Source of the DNA: Vicinamibacterales bacterium
GTDB taxonomy: Bacteria > Acidobacteriota > Vicinamibacteria > Vicinamibacterales > UBA8438
DNA length: 64,000 nucleotides
Direction of reading: 5' to 3'
Assembly: GCA_965221595.1 (NCBI GenBank)
Contig: OZ244900.1
Coordinates: 3,576,982-3,640,981 of the forward strand
Shown: positions 45,130-53,753 of the stretch, in pieces
Position numbering within the stretch: the first letter of the stretch is position 1
How the letters are laid out: every line of letters starts with the position of its first letter
Notes under the pieces: generated by a model
Databases searched by the model: none
What the model was told of the DNA's origin: nothing
Seen by the model: the letters and a program-made list of their open reading frames with translations, nothing else
Position numbers and translations under genes: made by a program

Positions 45130-46597
45130 TCGCCCGGACACGCTCGGCGACATGGGGCCGGACGAGTTCCGGCGCCACGGGCACGCTCTCGTCGACTGGA
45201 TCGCCACCTACCTGAGCCGGACCGAGGCCTACCCGGTCCTGTCGCGCGCCGCGCCCGGTGACATCCGCGAGCGGTTGCCGGCCGCCCCCCCGCAGGCCGG
45301 CGCGCCGTTCGAGGCAATCTTCGCAGACTTCGAACGGCATCTGTTGCCCGGCATCACCCACTGGAACCATCCCGGCTTCTTCGCCTACTTCGCCATCTCC
45401 GGCAGCGGGCCGGGCGTGCTCGCGGAGCTGCTGTCGGCGGCTCTCAACGTGCAGGCCATGCTGTGGCGCACTTCACCCGCCGCCACCGAGCTGGAGGAAG
45501 TCGCTCTGGGCTGGCTGCGGCAGCTCCTCGGCCTGCCGGCCGCGTTCGAGGGGGTCATCTACGACACCGCCTCGGTGGCGACCCTGCACGCGCTGGCCGC
45601 GGCCCGCGAGGCGGCCCTCCCGGACGTCCGCGCCCGCGGGCTGGCCGGACGCCCCGGGCTAGGCCCGTGCCGGGTCTACGTGTCCGAGCACGCGCACTCG
45701 TCGATCGACAAGGCGGTGATGACGCTGGGCCTCGGACAGCAGGCGCTGCAGCGCATCGCGGTCGACACCGAGTTCCGCCTGCGGCCCGACGCTCTGCGCG
45801 CGGCCATCGCCGCCGATCGTGCAGCCGGTTGGACGCCGCTGGCGGTCGTGGCCACGGTAGGCACGACCTCGATGACCAGCGTCGACCCCGTGCCTGCGAT
45901 TGCCGACGTGTGCGCGGCCGAGGGACTCTGGCTGCACGTGGACGCCGCCTACGCCGGCGCCGCCGCGCTCGTCCCGGACACGGCCTGCATCCTGGACGGC
46001 TGCGGGCGCGCGGACTCGTTCGTCGTCAACCCGCACAAGTGGCTCTTCACACCGTTCGACCTGAGCGCGTTCTACTCGCGGCGCATGGACACGATTCGTG
46101 CCGCGTTCGCGCTGACGCCCGACTACCTGGCGACGCCGGAGGCCGGGCGCGTCCGGAACCTGATGGACACGGGCGTGCAGCTCGGCCGGCGCTTCCGGGC
46201 GCTCAAGCTGTGGGCCGTACTGCGCTACTTCGGGGCCGAAGGCATCCGCGCGCGGCTGGCCGAGCACCTGCGCCTGGCGCGCCTGTTCGCCGCGTGGGTG
46301 GACGCCAGTCCCGACTTCGAGCGCCTCGCACCGGCGCCGCTCAGCGTGGTCTGCTTCCGGGTAAGGCCGCCGGGCTGGCGGGAGTCGGGGAACGAAGCCG
46401 AGGGCGGCCGCATCGAGCAGCTCAACGCCCGGGTCCTCGAGACGGTCAACGCGTCGGGCGAGGTCTTCCTGTCGCACACCCGCATCGAAGGACGCTTCGC
46501 GCTGCGCCTGGCGATTGGCCACATCCGCACCGAGCAGCGCCACGTCGAGCGCGCCTGGAGTCTGCTCCAGGCGGCGGCGTCCGACCACGGGGCGTAG
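45119..46597 (+). CDS. PLP-dependent group II decarboxylase (aromatic-L-amino-acid/tyrosine decarboxylase-like)
   Basis: 492 aa with THWNHPGFFAYF and NPHKWLFTPFD (PLP-binding lysine). Confidence 0.9.
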   Translation: MAADRPDTLGDMGPDEFRRHGHALVDWIATYLSRTEAYPVLSRAAPGDIRERLPAAPPQAGAPFEAIFADFERHLLPGITHWNHPGFFAYFAISGSGPGVLAELLSAALNVQAMLWRTSPAATELEEVALGWLRQLLGLPAAFEGVIYDTASVATLHALAAAREAALPDVRARGLAGRPGLGPCRVYVSEHAHSSIDKAVMTLGLGQQALQRIAVDTEFRLRPDALRAAIAADRAAGWTPLAVVATVGTTSMTSVDPVPAIADVCAAEGLWLHVDAAYAGAAALVPDTACILDGCGRADSFVVNPHKWLFTPFDLSAFYSRRMDTIRAAFALTPDYLATPEAGRVRNLMDTGVQLGRRFRALKLWAVLRYFGAEGIRARLAEHLRLARLFAAWVDASPDFERLAPAPLSVVCFRVRPPGWRESGNEAEGGRIEQLNARVLETVNASGEVFLSHTRIEGRFALRLAIGHIRTEQRHVERAWSLLQAAASDHGA

Positions 46598-46633
46598 CTT
46601 CCAGCAGACGGGGCTGCGCTATACTCGCCGGCC

Positions 46634-47926
46634 ATGGACGTCGCGGTGGTCTCGCTCGGGGCGCTGGCGGTCGCCATCATCGTCAGTTGCACCATCCGGC
46701 TGCACGTCGGCTTCCTCGCGATTGCCCTGGCCTGGATCGTCGGCGTCTACGTGGCCGGAATGAGCCCGCGCGAGGTCATGGGCGGGTTCCCCACGCGGCT
46801 CTTCCTGACGCTGACCGGCGTCACCCTGCTGTTCTCGCAGGCGCAGGCCAACGGGACGCTCGACCGCATCGCGCGCAAGGCGGTGGAGTACTGCCGGGGC
46901 AACGTCGGCGTGATGCCGATGATGTTCTTCGTGCTCTCGTTCCTGATTGCCTCGATCGGTCCGGGCAACATCGCGACGGTGGCCCTCATTGCGCCGATGG
47001 GCATGGCGGTGGCCGGCCAGGTCGGCGTGCCCGCCTTCCTGATGGCCATCATGGTAGCCAACGGTGCGAACGCCGGATCGCTGTCGCCCATTGCCCCGAC
47101 GGGCGTCATCGTCAACGGCGTGATGGCCGACATCGGCCTCGGCGGCTACGAGTTGCTGAGCTACTTCAACAACATGATGGCGCACGTCGTGATTGCCTTC
47201 ACCGCCTACTTCCTCTTCGGCGGGTGGCGCCTGCTGGGCCGCTACCACACCGGCAGCGTGAGCATGCCGGGCGGTGCGGAAGGGGCGGCGGGCGATGCGC
47301 CGGCGGGCCGCGAGTTCACGCGGGCGCAGTTGCTTACGCTGGCCGTCATCGGCACGCTCGTGACAGGGGTCGTCTTTTTCGACGTCGACGTCGGCCTGGG
47401 CGCCTTCACGGCGGCCGTGGTGCTTGCCCTGCTGAAAGCCGGGGACGAGCTCGAGGCCGTCAAGATCATGCCCTGGCGCGTCATCATGCTCGTGTGCGGC
47501 GTGACCGTCCTCATCTCCGTCCTCGAAGCCACCGGCGGCCTCGACCTGTTCACGCGGGTGCTGGCCGGCATGTCCACGCCCAACACGGTGACCGCCGTCA
47601 TCGCCTTCTCGACGGGGTTCGTCTCCATCTACAGCAGTACGTCGGGGGTGGTGCTGCCGGCGTTCCTGCCGACGGTCCCGGGCCTTGCCGAACAGCTCGG
47701 CGGCGTCGCGCCGCTGGCGATCGCCTCGTCGATGAACGTCGGCGCCCACCTCGTCGACGTGGCGCCGCTGTCAACGCTGGGTGCCCTGTGCATGGCCGCC
47801 GCCCCCGCCAGCGAAGACAGCCGCGCGCTGTTCAACAAGCTGCTGGCCTGGGGCTTCTCGATGACCGTCGTCGGCGGCTTCACCTGCTGGCTGCTGTTTA
47901 CCGTGCTGCGCGTCGGCCTCGGCTGA
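46634..47926 (+). CDS. anion/dicarboxylate permease (ArsB/NhaD superfamily, MatC-like)
   Basis: 430 aa, polytopic, with a duplicated-half architecture. A TATACT box lies at 46620-25. The subfamily call is tentative. Confidence 0.7.
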   Translation: MDVAVVSLGALAVAIIVSCTIRLHVGFLAIALAWIVGVYVAGMSPREVMGGFPTRLFLTLTGVTLLFSQAQANGTLDRIARKAVEYCRGNVGVMPMMFFVLSFLIASIGPGNIATVALIAPMGMAVAGQVGVPAFLMAIMVANGANAGSLSPIAPTGVIVNGVMADIGLGGYELLSYFNNMMAHVVIAFTAYFLFGGWRLLGRYHTGSVSMPGGAEGAAGDAPAGREFTRAQLLTLAVIGTLVTGVVFFDVDVGLGAFTAAVVLALLKAGDELEAVKIMPWRVIMLVCGVTVLISVLEATGGLDLFTRVLAGMSTPNTVTAVIAFSTGFVSIYSSTSGVVLPAFLPTVPGLAEQLGGVAPLAIASSMNVGAHLVDVAPLSTLGALCMAAAPASEDSRALFNKLLAWGFSMTVVGGFTCWLLFTVLRVGLG

Positions 47927-47976
47927 ACGGCGGTCCCTCCGGGTTATCCGGGTTGCGGTCCATCAAGGAGAGAGTC

Positions 47977-49284
47977 ATGACGAGACTGAAGACGCCGAGT
48001 TGCGTGCTGCCGGTGATGCTGGGCCTGGCCGTGTGTGTGGGGCTGGCCAACGCGCCGGCCGACCTGCCGCAGATGGACGGCGTGCCCACCGCGGAGCCGG
48101 AGGCGGTCGGGATGTCCTCGGCGCGGCTCGAGCGTCTCGACCGGGTGATGCAGGGCTATATCGACCGCAACGAGGTCGCGGGCGTCGTGACGCTGGTTGC
48201 GCGGCGGGGCAAGGTCGTGCACTTCTCGGCCCTGGGACAACGGGACGTCGAGGCCGGCGCGCCGATGACCCACGACGCCATCTTCCGCATCGCGTCGATG
48301 ACCAAGCCCATCGCGTCGGTCGCGCTGATGATGCTCTACGAGGAAGGTCGCTTCCAGCTGCGCGACCCGATCGCCCGCTGGCTGCCGGAGTTCGCCGACA
48401 TGCAGGTGGCGCTGCCCGCGCCGCCGCAGGAGCGGCTGACCGGCCGCTACAAGACGGTGCCTGCCGCGCGACCGATCACCGTGCAGCAGATTCTGACCCA
48501 CACCGCGGGTCTCGCGAACAGCTACCGCGGCCTCACCCAGCCGGAGTTCCTGGAGCTGGTGGCGCCGCGGAAACCGGGCGACACGGTGGATGGCATGCTG
48601 AAGCGGCTCGCGACGCTGCCCCTCAACTTCCATCCCGGGGACCACTGGGAATACGGCCGGGCCACCGACGTGGTCGGACGGCTCGTGGAAGTGATGTCGG
48701 GCCAGACCCTCGACGCGTACCTGCAGGAACGCATCTTCGAGCCGCTCGACATGGTCGACACGCACTTCTATCTGCCGCAGTCGAAGCTGGACCGGTTCGC
48801 CGCGCTCTACCGTCCGAACGCGCAGGGCACTATCGAGCTGTCGGAGGCGCCGACCGCGGAGAGCCGCTTCGTGGCCGAGCCGCACACCTACTTCAGCGGC
48901 GCCGGCGGACTCGTATCGACCGCCCGCGACTACTTCCGCTTCCACCAGATGATGCTGAACGGCGGCGAGCTCGACGGCGCGCGCATCCTCAGCCGCAAGA
49001 CGGTCGAGCTGATGACCGCCAACCACACGGGCGACAAGGGCATCTGGCTGGCTGGGCCGGGCTACGGATTCGGCCTCGGCTACGCGGTGGTCACCGACCT
49101 CGGACCGTCCGGCACACCGCGCTCGGAAGGGTCCTACTACTGGGGTGGCGCCTACGGGACGATCTTCTGGGTGGACCCGTCCGAGGAGCTGATCGGCATC
49201 CTGATGGAGCAGATCCGGCCGTATACCCATCTCAACGTCCGGCCGGACCTGGCCACGATGACGTATCAGGCGATAATCGACTGA
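47977..49284 (+). CDS. serine hydrolase, class C beta-lactamase/penicillin-binding family
   Basis: Part of ORF 45463..49284. ATG 47977 has an AAGGAGAG SD and is followed by a signal peptide. The SxxK motif is ASMTK, and a YxN-type region follows. Confidence 0.85.
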   Translation: MTRLKTPSCVLPVMLGLAVCVGLANAPADLPQMDGVPTAEPEAVGMSSARLERLDRVMQGYIDRNEVAGVVTLVARRGKVVHFSALGQRDVEAGAPMTHDAIFRIASMTKPIASVALMMLYEEGRFQLRDPIARWLPEFADMQVALPAPPQERLTGRYKTVPAARPITVQQILTHTAGLANSYRGLTQPEFLELVAPRKPGDTVDGMLKRLATLPLNFHPGDHWEYGRATDVVGRLVEVMSGQTLDAYLQERIFEPLDMVDTHFYLPQSKLDRFAALYRPNAQGTIELSEAPTAESRFVAEPHTYFSGAGGLVSTARDYFRFHQMMLNGGELDGARILSRKTVELMTANHTGDKGIWLAGPGYGFGLGYAVVTDLGPSGTPRSEGSYYWGGAYGTIFWVDPSEELIGILMEQIRPYTHLNVRPDLATMTYQAIID

Positions 49285-49377
49285 GCCGCAAACGGCGCAG
49301 CGGGCTGCAGCGGACGGTTCCGCCCTGTCGGCAGCGGTCGCAGGGTCCGGCGCCTCCTCCGTCGGAGGGCGGGCCGC

Positions 49378-50171
49378 ATGAGGCTGCTCCACCTGTGTCT
49401 CCTCATCCGGCAGGAGAATCCGCAGCACTGGGCGCGGGTTGCCAAGTGGATGCGACACCTGTTCGACATCGACCCGCAAAAAAAAACCGGTCCAGAACGG
49501 AGCGCCTCCAGCTCAGCGACTTCACGGAGGAGTGCTTTCGCCGGCTTGCCGCACGGCTCGATCACGCGATGCTGTTTCGCAAGAGAGAACTCTACCGCCT
49601 CGTCGACTACTTGTCGGATGACGAGATTCCAGAGGAGGTAGGCACCAAACTCGACCTGCTCGATGACTTGTCCACGAAGGCGCAGCACGAAGGGGAAGAA
49701 CACGAGATGACGGGCGAGGCACCTAACGGCGGCGGAACGAAACGCCGATGGTTGGAAGACGAACTCGAAGTGCTACTCGACGAAGAGGGCGGACAGAGCG
49801 TCGACGAGCAGGCGTTCGAGAATGCCAGGAAAGCGGCCCAGGACGTCGGGGCCGCGGTGAGGACACTCGAGGACGCCAACAGACGATCCGACCAGAAGAT
49901 CGCCGACCTCTGCGGGGCTGTTTTCGTATACGGAGCCCTGTTTGCGGGAGTGCAGCTAAACCACGACATGAGGAGGGAGCTGCTAAAGAGGCGAGGCCGA
50001 CCGGGCGATGACGAATGCGCACAGCGACTAGAAGCATTCCACGTCCGCCACGTGGAAATGCTGGCGGACGAGATCGAGGATCAGACGAAGGTCGACCGCA
50101 TGAGGAAGCTTGTTCGGGGTACCCTCGACAAAGCCAGGGCGGTGAAACTTCTCGGACAAGTGTGGAAGTAA
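49378..50171 (+). CDS. acidic hypothetical protein whose frame changes by -1 at an A9 tract (49478-49486)
   Basis: ATG 49378 has a GGAGGG SD 8 nt upstream and encodes MRLLHLCLLIRQENPQHWARVAKWMRHLFDIDPQKK. Protein-like sequence then continues only in the -1 frame (NRSRTERLQLSDFTEECFRRLAARLDHAMLFRKRELYRLVDYLSDDEIPEE... to stop 50171). No domain is recognised. Confidence 0.45.
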
Positions 50172-50254
50172 CAGTCCGACGGGCGCACCGCTATACATCA
50201 AGGGCAAGCGTACAGGTCGGAATCCTCCCGATCCGGCAGCCACCTGGACTGTCT

Positions 50255-50400
50255 GGGCGCCGCGGTGCCCCTTGCTGCGCCGGTGTTGTCCGTCAGGCGT
50301 CGCCGGTGCTGACGTTCGCGCGGCGGCGCGGTCACGGCGCCCGACGAGGAACCTATCTACCGAGCCTTCGAGCTTTGCCATGCGATCGCGGTTCTCGGTG
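50255..50400 (-). pseudogene. decayed 3' fragment of a paralog of the coiled-coil gene 51631..52113
   Basis: It translates to ENRDRMAKLEGSVDRFLVGRRDRAAA, compared with ENRERMANLEGALEGFLAGRRDRDAA at the 3' end of 51631..52113. The downstream non-coding flank is also about 70% similar. The stop codon is lost and there is no 5' part. Confidence 0.55.
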
Positions 50401-50659
50401 AGTCCACCACGCGGCAACGGCCACCGTGCGCGCATTTTGCCGAGATTTCGGCCTTGGCGAGCCCCTTAACTTTGGGCGATGGCGTCTTGGTTCAGGTTAC
50501 GATACGCGCGGTTTGGTCGCCTCTCACAGTTGTCCCATGTCCGCTCATGGAGCTTCGTCGTCTTCGGCGATGCGTCTTCAGCGACTTGCTGAGCATGCTT
50601 GGTAGCGGCAACACGAAAGGGTGTGTCGAAGGCGACCTGCTTCCAGGTCGAACGAAGCA

Positions 50660-51508
50660 CTAGTCGCGCCCACGGACGAACGCGGCGATCTCCGCGGCAA
50701 CGCGTGCAGGCGCATCCAGGGGCAGGAAGACACTCGCTCCAGCCACCTCGACCAAGCGTGCGTCCGGGAACTCGCGGGTGAGATCCTGCGCGAGCTGGAG
50801 CGGAAACAACTTGTCTTCATTTCCCCAGACCAACAGCACCGGCGCCCGGAAGCCGGCGAACTTGCGGGTGGCCGCGAGCATCATCTCGGGCTTGCAGCCG
50901 GCCAGGAAGTCGAGGGACGCCCGCCGCACGGCCGCATTCCGTGCGAATGGCCCCACAATCCGTTCCTTCAGGTCGCCTGGCACCGGATTCGAGCAGGTCG
51001 GGCCGAAGAAAGCCGCATAGTCGTTGCGCGACATGAGACGCCCGAGCAGAGGACTGGCAAGCCAGGGCGCCAGGCGCGCGAAGTTCTGCATGGGCTGAAA
51101 GGCCTTGGGCGGAAACTGGTCGAACACGTCCGAGTTGGTCAGCACGAGTCGGCCTACCCGCGCCACGGCGGGATGCTCCGAGGTGATAAGGAGCTGGCAG
51201 ATGCCGCCGCCGGAATCGTTTCCCACGAGCGTGACGTCCTGGAGGTCCAGGACTTCCATGAACTCGCAGACCATGTCGACGACACCCCGCGGCGAGAGAT
51301 CAGCATCGCGCGGGAACGCCTCCGGCTGCGAGCCCAGGGGCCAGTCGGGCGCGATGCCGCGGAAGCCGCCGGGCAGCGCATCGATGACCCCTTTCCACAG
51401 GTGGTGATTGGCCCAGATGCCGTGAACGAACAGCAGGACGTCACCTGAACCCGTGTCCAGATAGTGGAGCCGCCCGCCCGATTTCAGAGTATGAACCTTC
51501 TGTTCCAT
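50660..51508 (-). CDS. alpha/beta-hydrolase fold protein
   Basis: Part of ORF 50660..51532. ATG 51508 has an AGGGGGA SD. Features are LLFVHGIWANHHLW (HG oxyanion region) and the nucleophile elbow VGNDSGG. Confidence 0.85.
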   Translation of the reverse strand: MEQKVHTLKSGGRLHYLDTGSGDVLLFVHGIWANHHLWKGVIDALPGGFRGIAPDWPLGSQPEAFPRDADLSPRGVVDMVCEFMEVLDLQDVTLVGNDSGGGICQLLITSEHPAVARVGRLVLTNSDVFDQFPPKAFQPMQNFARLAPWLASPLLGRLMSRNDYAAFFGPTCSNPVPGDLKERIVGPFARNAAVRRASLDFLAGCKPEMMLAATRKFAGFRAPVLLVWGNEDKLFPLQLAQDLTREFPDARLVEVAGASVFLPLDAPARVAAEIAAFVRGRD

Positions 51509-51630
51509 GCGTCCCCCTGCCCGCGTCCCCAACGCCGCAGCCCGTGGGCCAAGGTCGGCGGAAGGGTCCCGGCGTGGCGGCGCCCCTTGCGGTGCCCGTC
51601 CTTGATGTCCGGGTCAGCCGGTACCGGCGT

Positions 51631-52113
51631 TCAAGCGGCGTCGCGGTCGCGGCGCCCGGCCAGGAACCCTTCGAGCGCGCCCTCGAGGTTCGCCATGCGC
51701 TCGCGGTTCTCCGCGAGCTCCTGGTGCACGCGGTCGAAGCGTTGGTGCATTTCGCTCGTCAAGTGCTCGAACCGGTTGTCGAATCGGCGGTTCGTTTCGT
51801 CGATCTGCCTATTGGTCTCATCGATCCGCCTGTTGGTCTCGTCGATCCGGGCTCCCAAGTCGGCCTTCAGCTCCTTCATCTGCGCGCCGTTGGCCTCGAA
51901 CGGCTTGCCGATGTTCATCGTCAGGATGCGCAGCATCAGGCCCATCACCCCGACGATGCCGATTCCGGTTCCGACGAGGGATATGACGATCGCCGCTGTC
52001 TCGGTCACGGTGGCCCCACGATACCACCTCCCCGTCAGGAGCGTCCGACTGATCCGTGGTCTGACGGCGTGGGTCTCGGTTGTCGGGATCAGGCCGGTCC
52101 GGCTTCCGGTCAT
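51631..52113 (-). CDS. single-TM protein with a heptad-repeat coiled coil (IDETNRR x3)
   Basis: 160-aa ORF. The TM segment is AAIVISLVGTGIGIVGVMGLMLRIL. Three 21-bp tandem repeats at 51791-51853 encode IDETNRR/IDETNRQ/IDETNRR. The C-terminal motif is MANLEGALEGFLAGRR. The true start may be GTG 52008, because the first 35 codons overlap a duplicated non-coding segment. Confidence 0.55.
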   Translation of the reverse strand: MTGSRTGLIPTTETHAVRPRISRTLLTGRWYRGATVTETAAIVISLVGTGIGIVGVMGLMLRILTMNIGKPFEANGAQMKELKADLGARIDETNRRIDETNRQIDETNRRFDNRFEHLTSEMHQRFDRVHQELAENRERMANLEGALEGFLAGRRDRDAA

Positions 52114-52117
52114 AGCC

Positions 52118-52147
52118 TTGACGCGGCATCCCTCGCGGCGACATTAT
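52118..52147 (+). promoter_or_regulatory. promoter P1 (duplicated cassette copy 1)
   Basis: TTGACG (52118-23), 18 nt, CATTAT (52142-47). It is nearly identical to P2 at 53502-53531. Confidence 0.5.
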
Positions 52148-52175
52148 CGACTCGCAGGGAGGTGCGGCGACCGGC

Positions 52176-52272
52176 ATGACCGGAGACGACGCGCTGAACC
52201 GTCCCGTCACGCAGGCGCAGCTTCGCCGTCGTCGGCGGCATCGTCGCGCTGAACGCCGTCGATCTGCTCTGA
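52176..52272 (+). pseudogene. internally deleted, frameshifted copy of the small TM-protein gene 53559..53753
   Basis: MTGDDALNRPVTQAQ matches MAGDDVMNSPVTQAQ. The 3' end gtcgtcggcggcatcgtcgcgctgaacgccgtcgatctgctctga matches the 3' end of 53559..53753 (VVGGIVALNAVDLL*) but in another frame. About 100 nt of the middle are missing. Confidence 0.55.
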
Positions 52273-52281
52273 GGGTTGTAT

Positions 52282-53439
52282 ATGGATATTCTCGGACTCA
52301 AGCCGGAGGTTCCGAAGGACCCGATCGGCCAGGTGCTCACCCGGGATGGACACCCGACGCTCGCGGTGATCGATCTCGGCAGGGAGGTGAGCGAGGCACT
52401 ACGCGACTCGTGGCCGGCAACGCGCCCGTTCGAGTCGGGCGGCGCGATCGACAGCAAGTGGCTGCTGCCGATTCTCGGTGTCGGCGGCACGGCAGTTTCG
52501 TCCCTGTCTGCGGGGAACGTCTTCCTGGCGACAGCGAATCCCGCGACGCTGATGACCATCGGCGCCGGGGTGGGGTCGGCGGTCATGGGACCGAAGGGGA
52601 TCATCGCGGCCGCTCCGTTCGTTGCGGCCAGCCAAGCGCTCCTGCCGGTCGTGGCGCCGATCATGCTCTTCATGACCGTGTCGTCGTTGACGACCGGCGC
52701 GCGGCTCGAACGCATGCACCGAGCGATCGGGGCGCTCTCCGAAGACTTGCAGCGCGTGCGCCATCTGATGGAAGTCGAGGACTACGCTCGGCTCGTGAGT
52801 GCGGCCGAGCATCTCGACGAGGTCGGCTCGGCGTTCGAGCACGCTCAGCGGTTCACGGACGCCATGAAGAATGAACTCGCCCTGGCCAGGAGCGAAGTCA
52901 AGCGACTGCGGCGCAAGTTCGGACACCTTGCCGTGAGGGAGCTCCGGTCCGAGCAGGATGCCAGGTTGGCCGTGTCCGACATCAATCTGTTCGTGCTGTC
53001 GAGCCTCATGGATCTCCGGGCGGATGCACTCCGTCTCCAGTTGACGCTCCAGGACAATCCGGACTTCGTGGAGCACCGCGGGGCCGCCCTGCTCACGAAA
53101 GTCGAAGAGTGCGCCGACACCTTCAGAAAGATGCTCGAGCGCAATCCGGTGGCGGCATTCCGGGACGAGCAGCAGCGGAAGCTGGATGAGCTCGGCCGGT
53201 TCCGGCGAGGGCTTGGAAGCGGTCGGCCCCTTCGGAAGACCATCGGGGCGGTCAACACCGTCCTGAACAAGGACTTCGCCCCTGTACGGTCGCGCCTGGA
53301 GCGGTGGATCAGCGAGTTCGAGGCGTCCGGCCCGGCGGCGCAGGAAGAGTCCATCGTGATCTACCAGGAGCGGGACGACGGGCGCGCCTTGAGGGCCCAC
53401 CACACCCGCGACCTGCGCCTGGTGCAGGTCGCGGCCTGA
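52282..53439 (+). CDS. orphan 386-aa protein: Gly/Ala-rich hydrophobic N-terminal half plus a long alpha-helical C-terminal half
   Basis: ORF 52276..53439. ATG 52282 has a GAGGG SD 6 nt upstream. Codon usage is protein-like. No motif is recognised. Confidence 0.6.
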   Translation: MDILGLKPEVPKDPIGQVLTRDGHPTLAVIDLGREVSEALRDSWPATRPFESGGAIDSKWLLPILGVGGTAVSSLSAGNVFLATANPATLMTIGAGVGSAVMGPKGIIAAAPFVAASQALLPVVAPIMLFMTVSSLTTGARLERMHRAIGALSEDLQRVRHLMEVEDYARLVSAAEHLDEVGSAFEHAQRFTDAMKNELALARSEVKRLRRKFGHLAVRELRSEQDARLAVSDINLFVLSSLMDLRADALRLQLTLQDNPDFVEHRGAALLTKVEECADTFRKMLERNPVAAFRDEQQRKLDELGRFRRGLGSGRPLRKTIGAVNTVLNKDFAPVRSRLERWISEFEASGPAAQEESIVIYQERDDGRALRAHHTRDLRLVQVAA

Positions 53440-53501
53440 GTACTGGCTGCGGTTCGCGGTGCTGCAGATCGGCCCCGGTCGGCCCGCTGCCGGTCTCTGC
53501 C

Positions 53502-53531
53502 TTGACGCGGCATCCTCCGCGGCGACATGAT
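53502..53531 (+). promoter_or_regulatory. promoter P2 (duplicated cassette copy 2)
   Basis: TTGACG (53502-07), 18 nt, CATGAT (53526-31). Confidence 0.5.
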
Positions 53532-53558
53532 CGATTCGGAGCAGGCACGGTGACCGGC

Positions 53559-53753
53559 ATGGCTGGAGACGACGTCATGAACAGTCCCGTCACGCAGGCG
53601 CAGTTCGAGGCCTTCCTCGCCGAGTTCCGCCAGCTCAGGGAGAACTCGGTCACGAAGCACGACGTGTTTCAGGTCGTGCTTCTCGTGCAGACCGCCTACT
53701 TCGCGGTCGTCGTCGGCACCATCGTCGTGCTGAATGTCGTCGACCTGCTCTGA
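53559..53753 (+). CDS. 64-aa protein with a C-terminal TM helix (holin/XhlA-like topology)
   Basis: MAGDDVMNSPVTQAQFEAFLAEFRQLRENSVTKHDVFQVVLLVQTAYFAVVVGTIVVLNVVDLL. It is the last part of ORF 53304..53753 and lies 28 nt downstream of P2. Confidence 0.5.
   Translation: MAGDDVMNSPVTQAQFEAFLAEFRQLRENSVTKHDVFQVVLLVQTAYFAVVVGTIVVLNVVDLL

Noticed and set aside
45463-47976. N-terminal ~840 aa of the 1273-aa ORF 45463..49284
   Set aside because: Only the last 435 aa (from ATG 47977, with SD, signal peptide and SMTK motif) are protein-like. The upstream part is an out-of-frame shadow of the decarboxylase and permease genes.
49478-49486. The T9 run on the minus strand as an intrinsic terminator
   Set aside because: No stable GC hairpin immediately precedes the T-run on the minus strand. 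The frame-switch interpretation fits the coding signal better.
50466-50660. 64-aa minus-strand ORF (MLRSTWKQVAFDTPFRVAATKHAQQ..., TAA stop) downstream of the hydrolase
   Set aside because: It has somewhat protein-like composition and lower GC. However, there is no SD, no recognisable motif, and its start overlaps the hydrolase stop. It may be a gene remnant, and the evidence is insufficient to call it.
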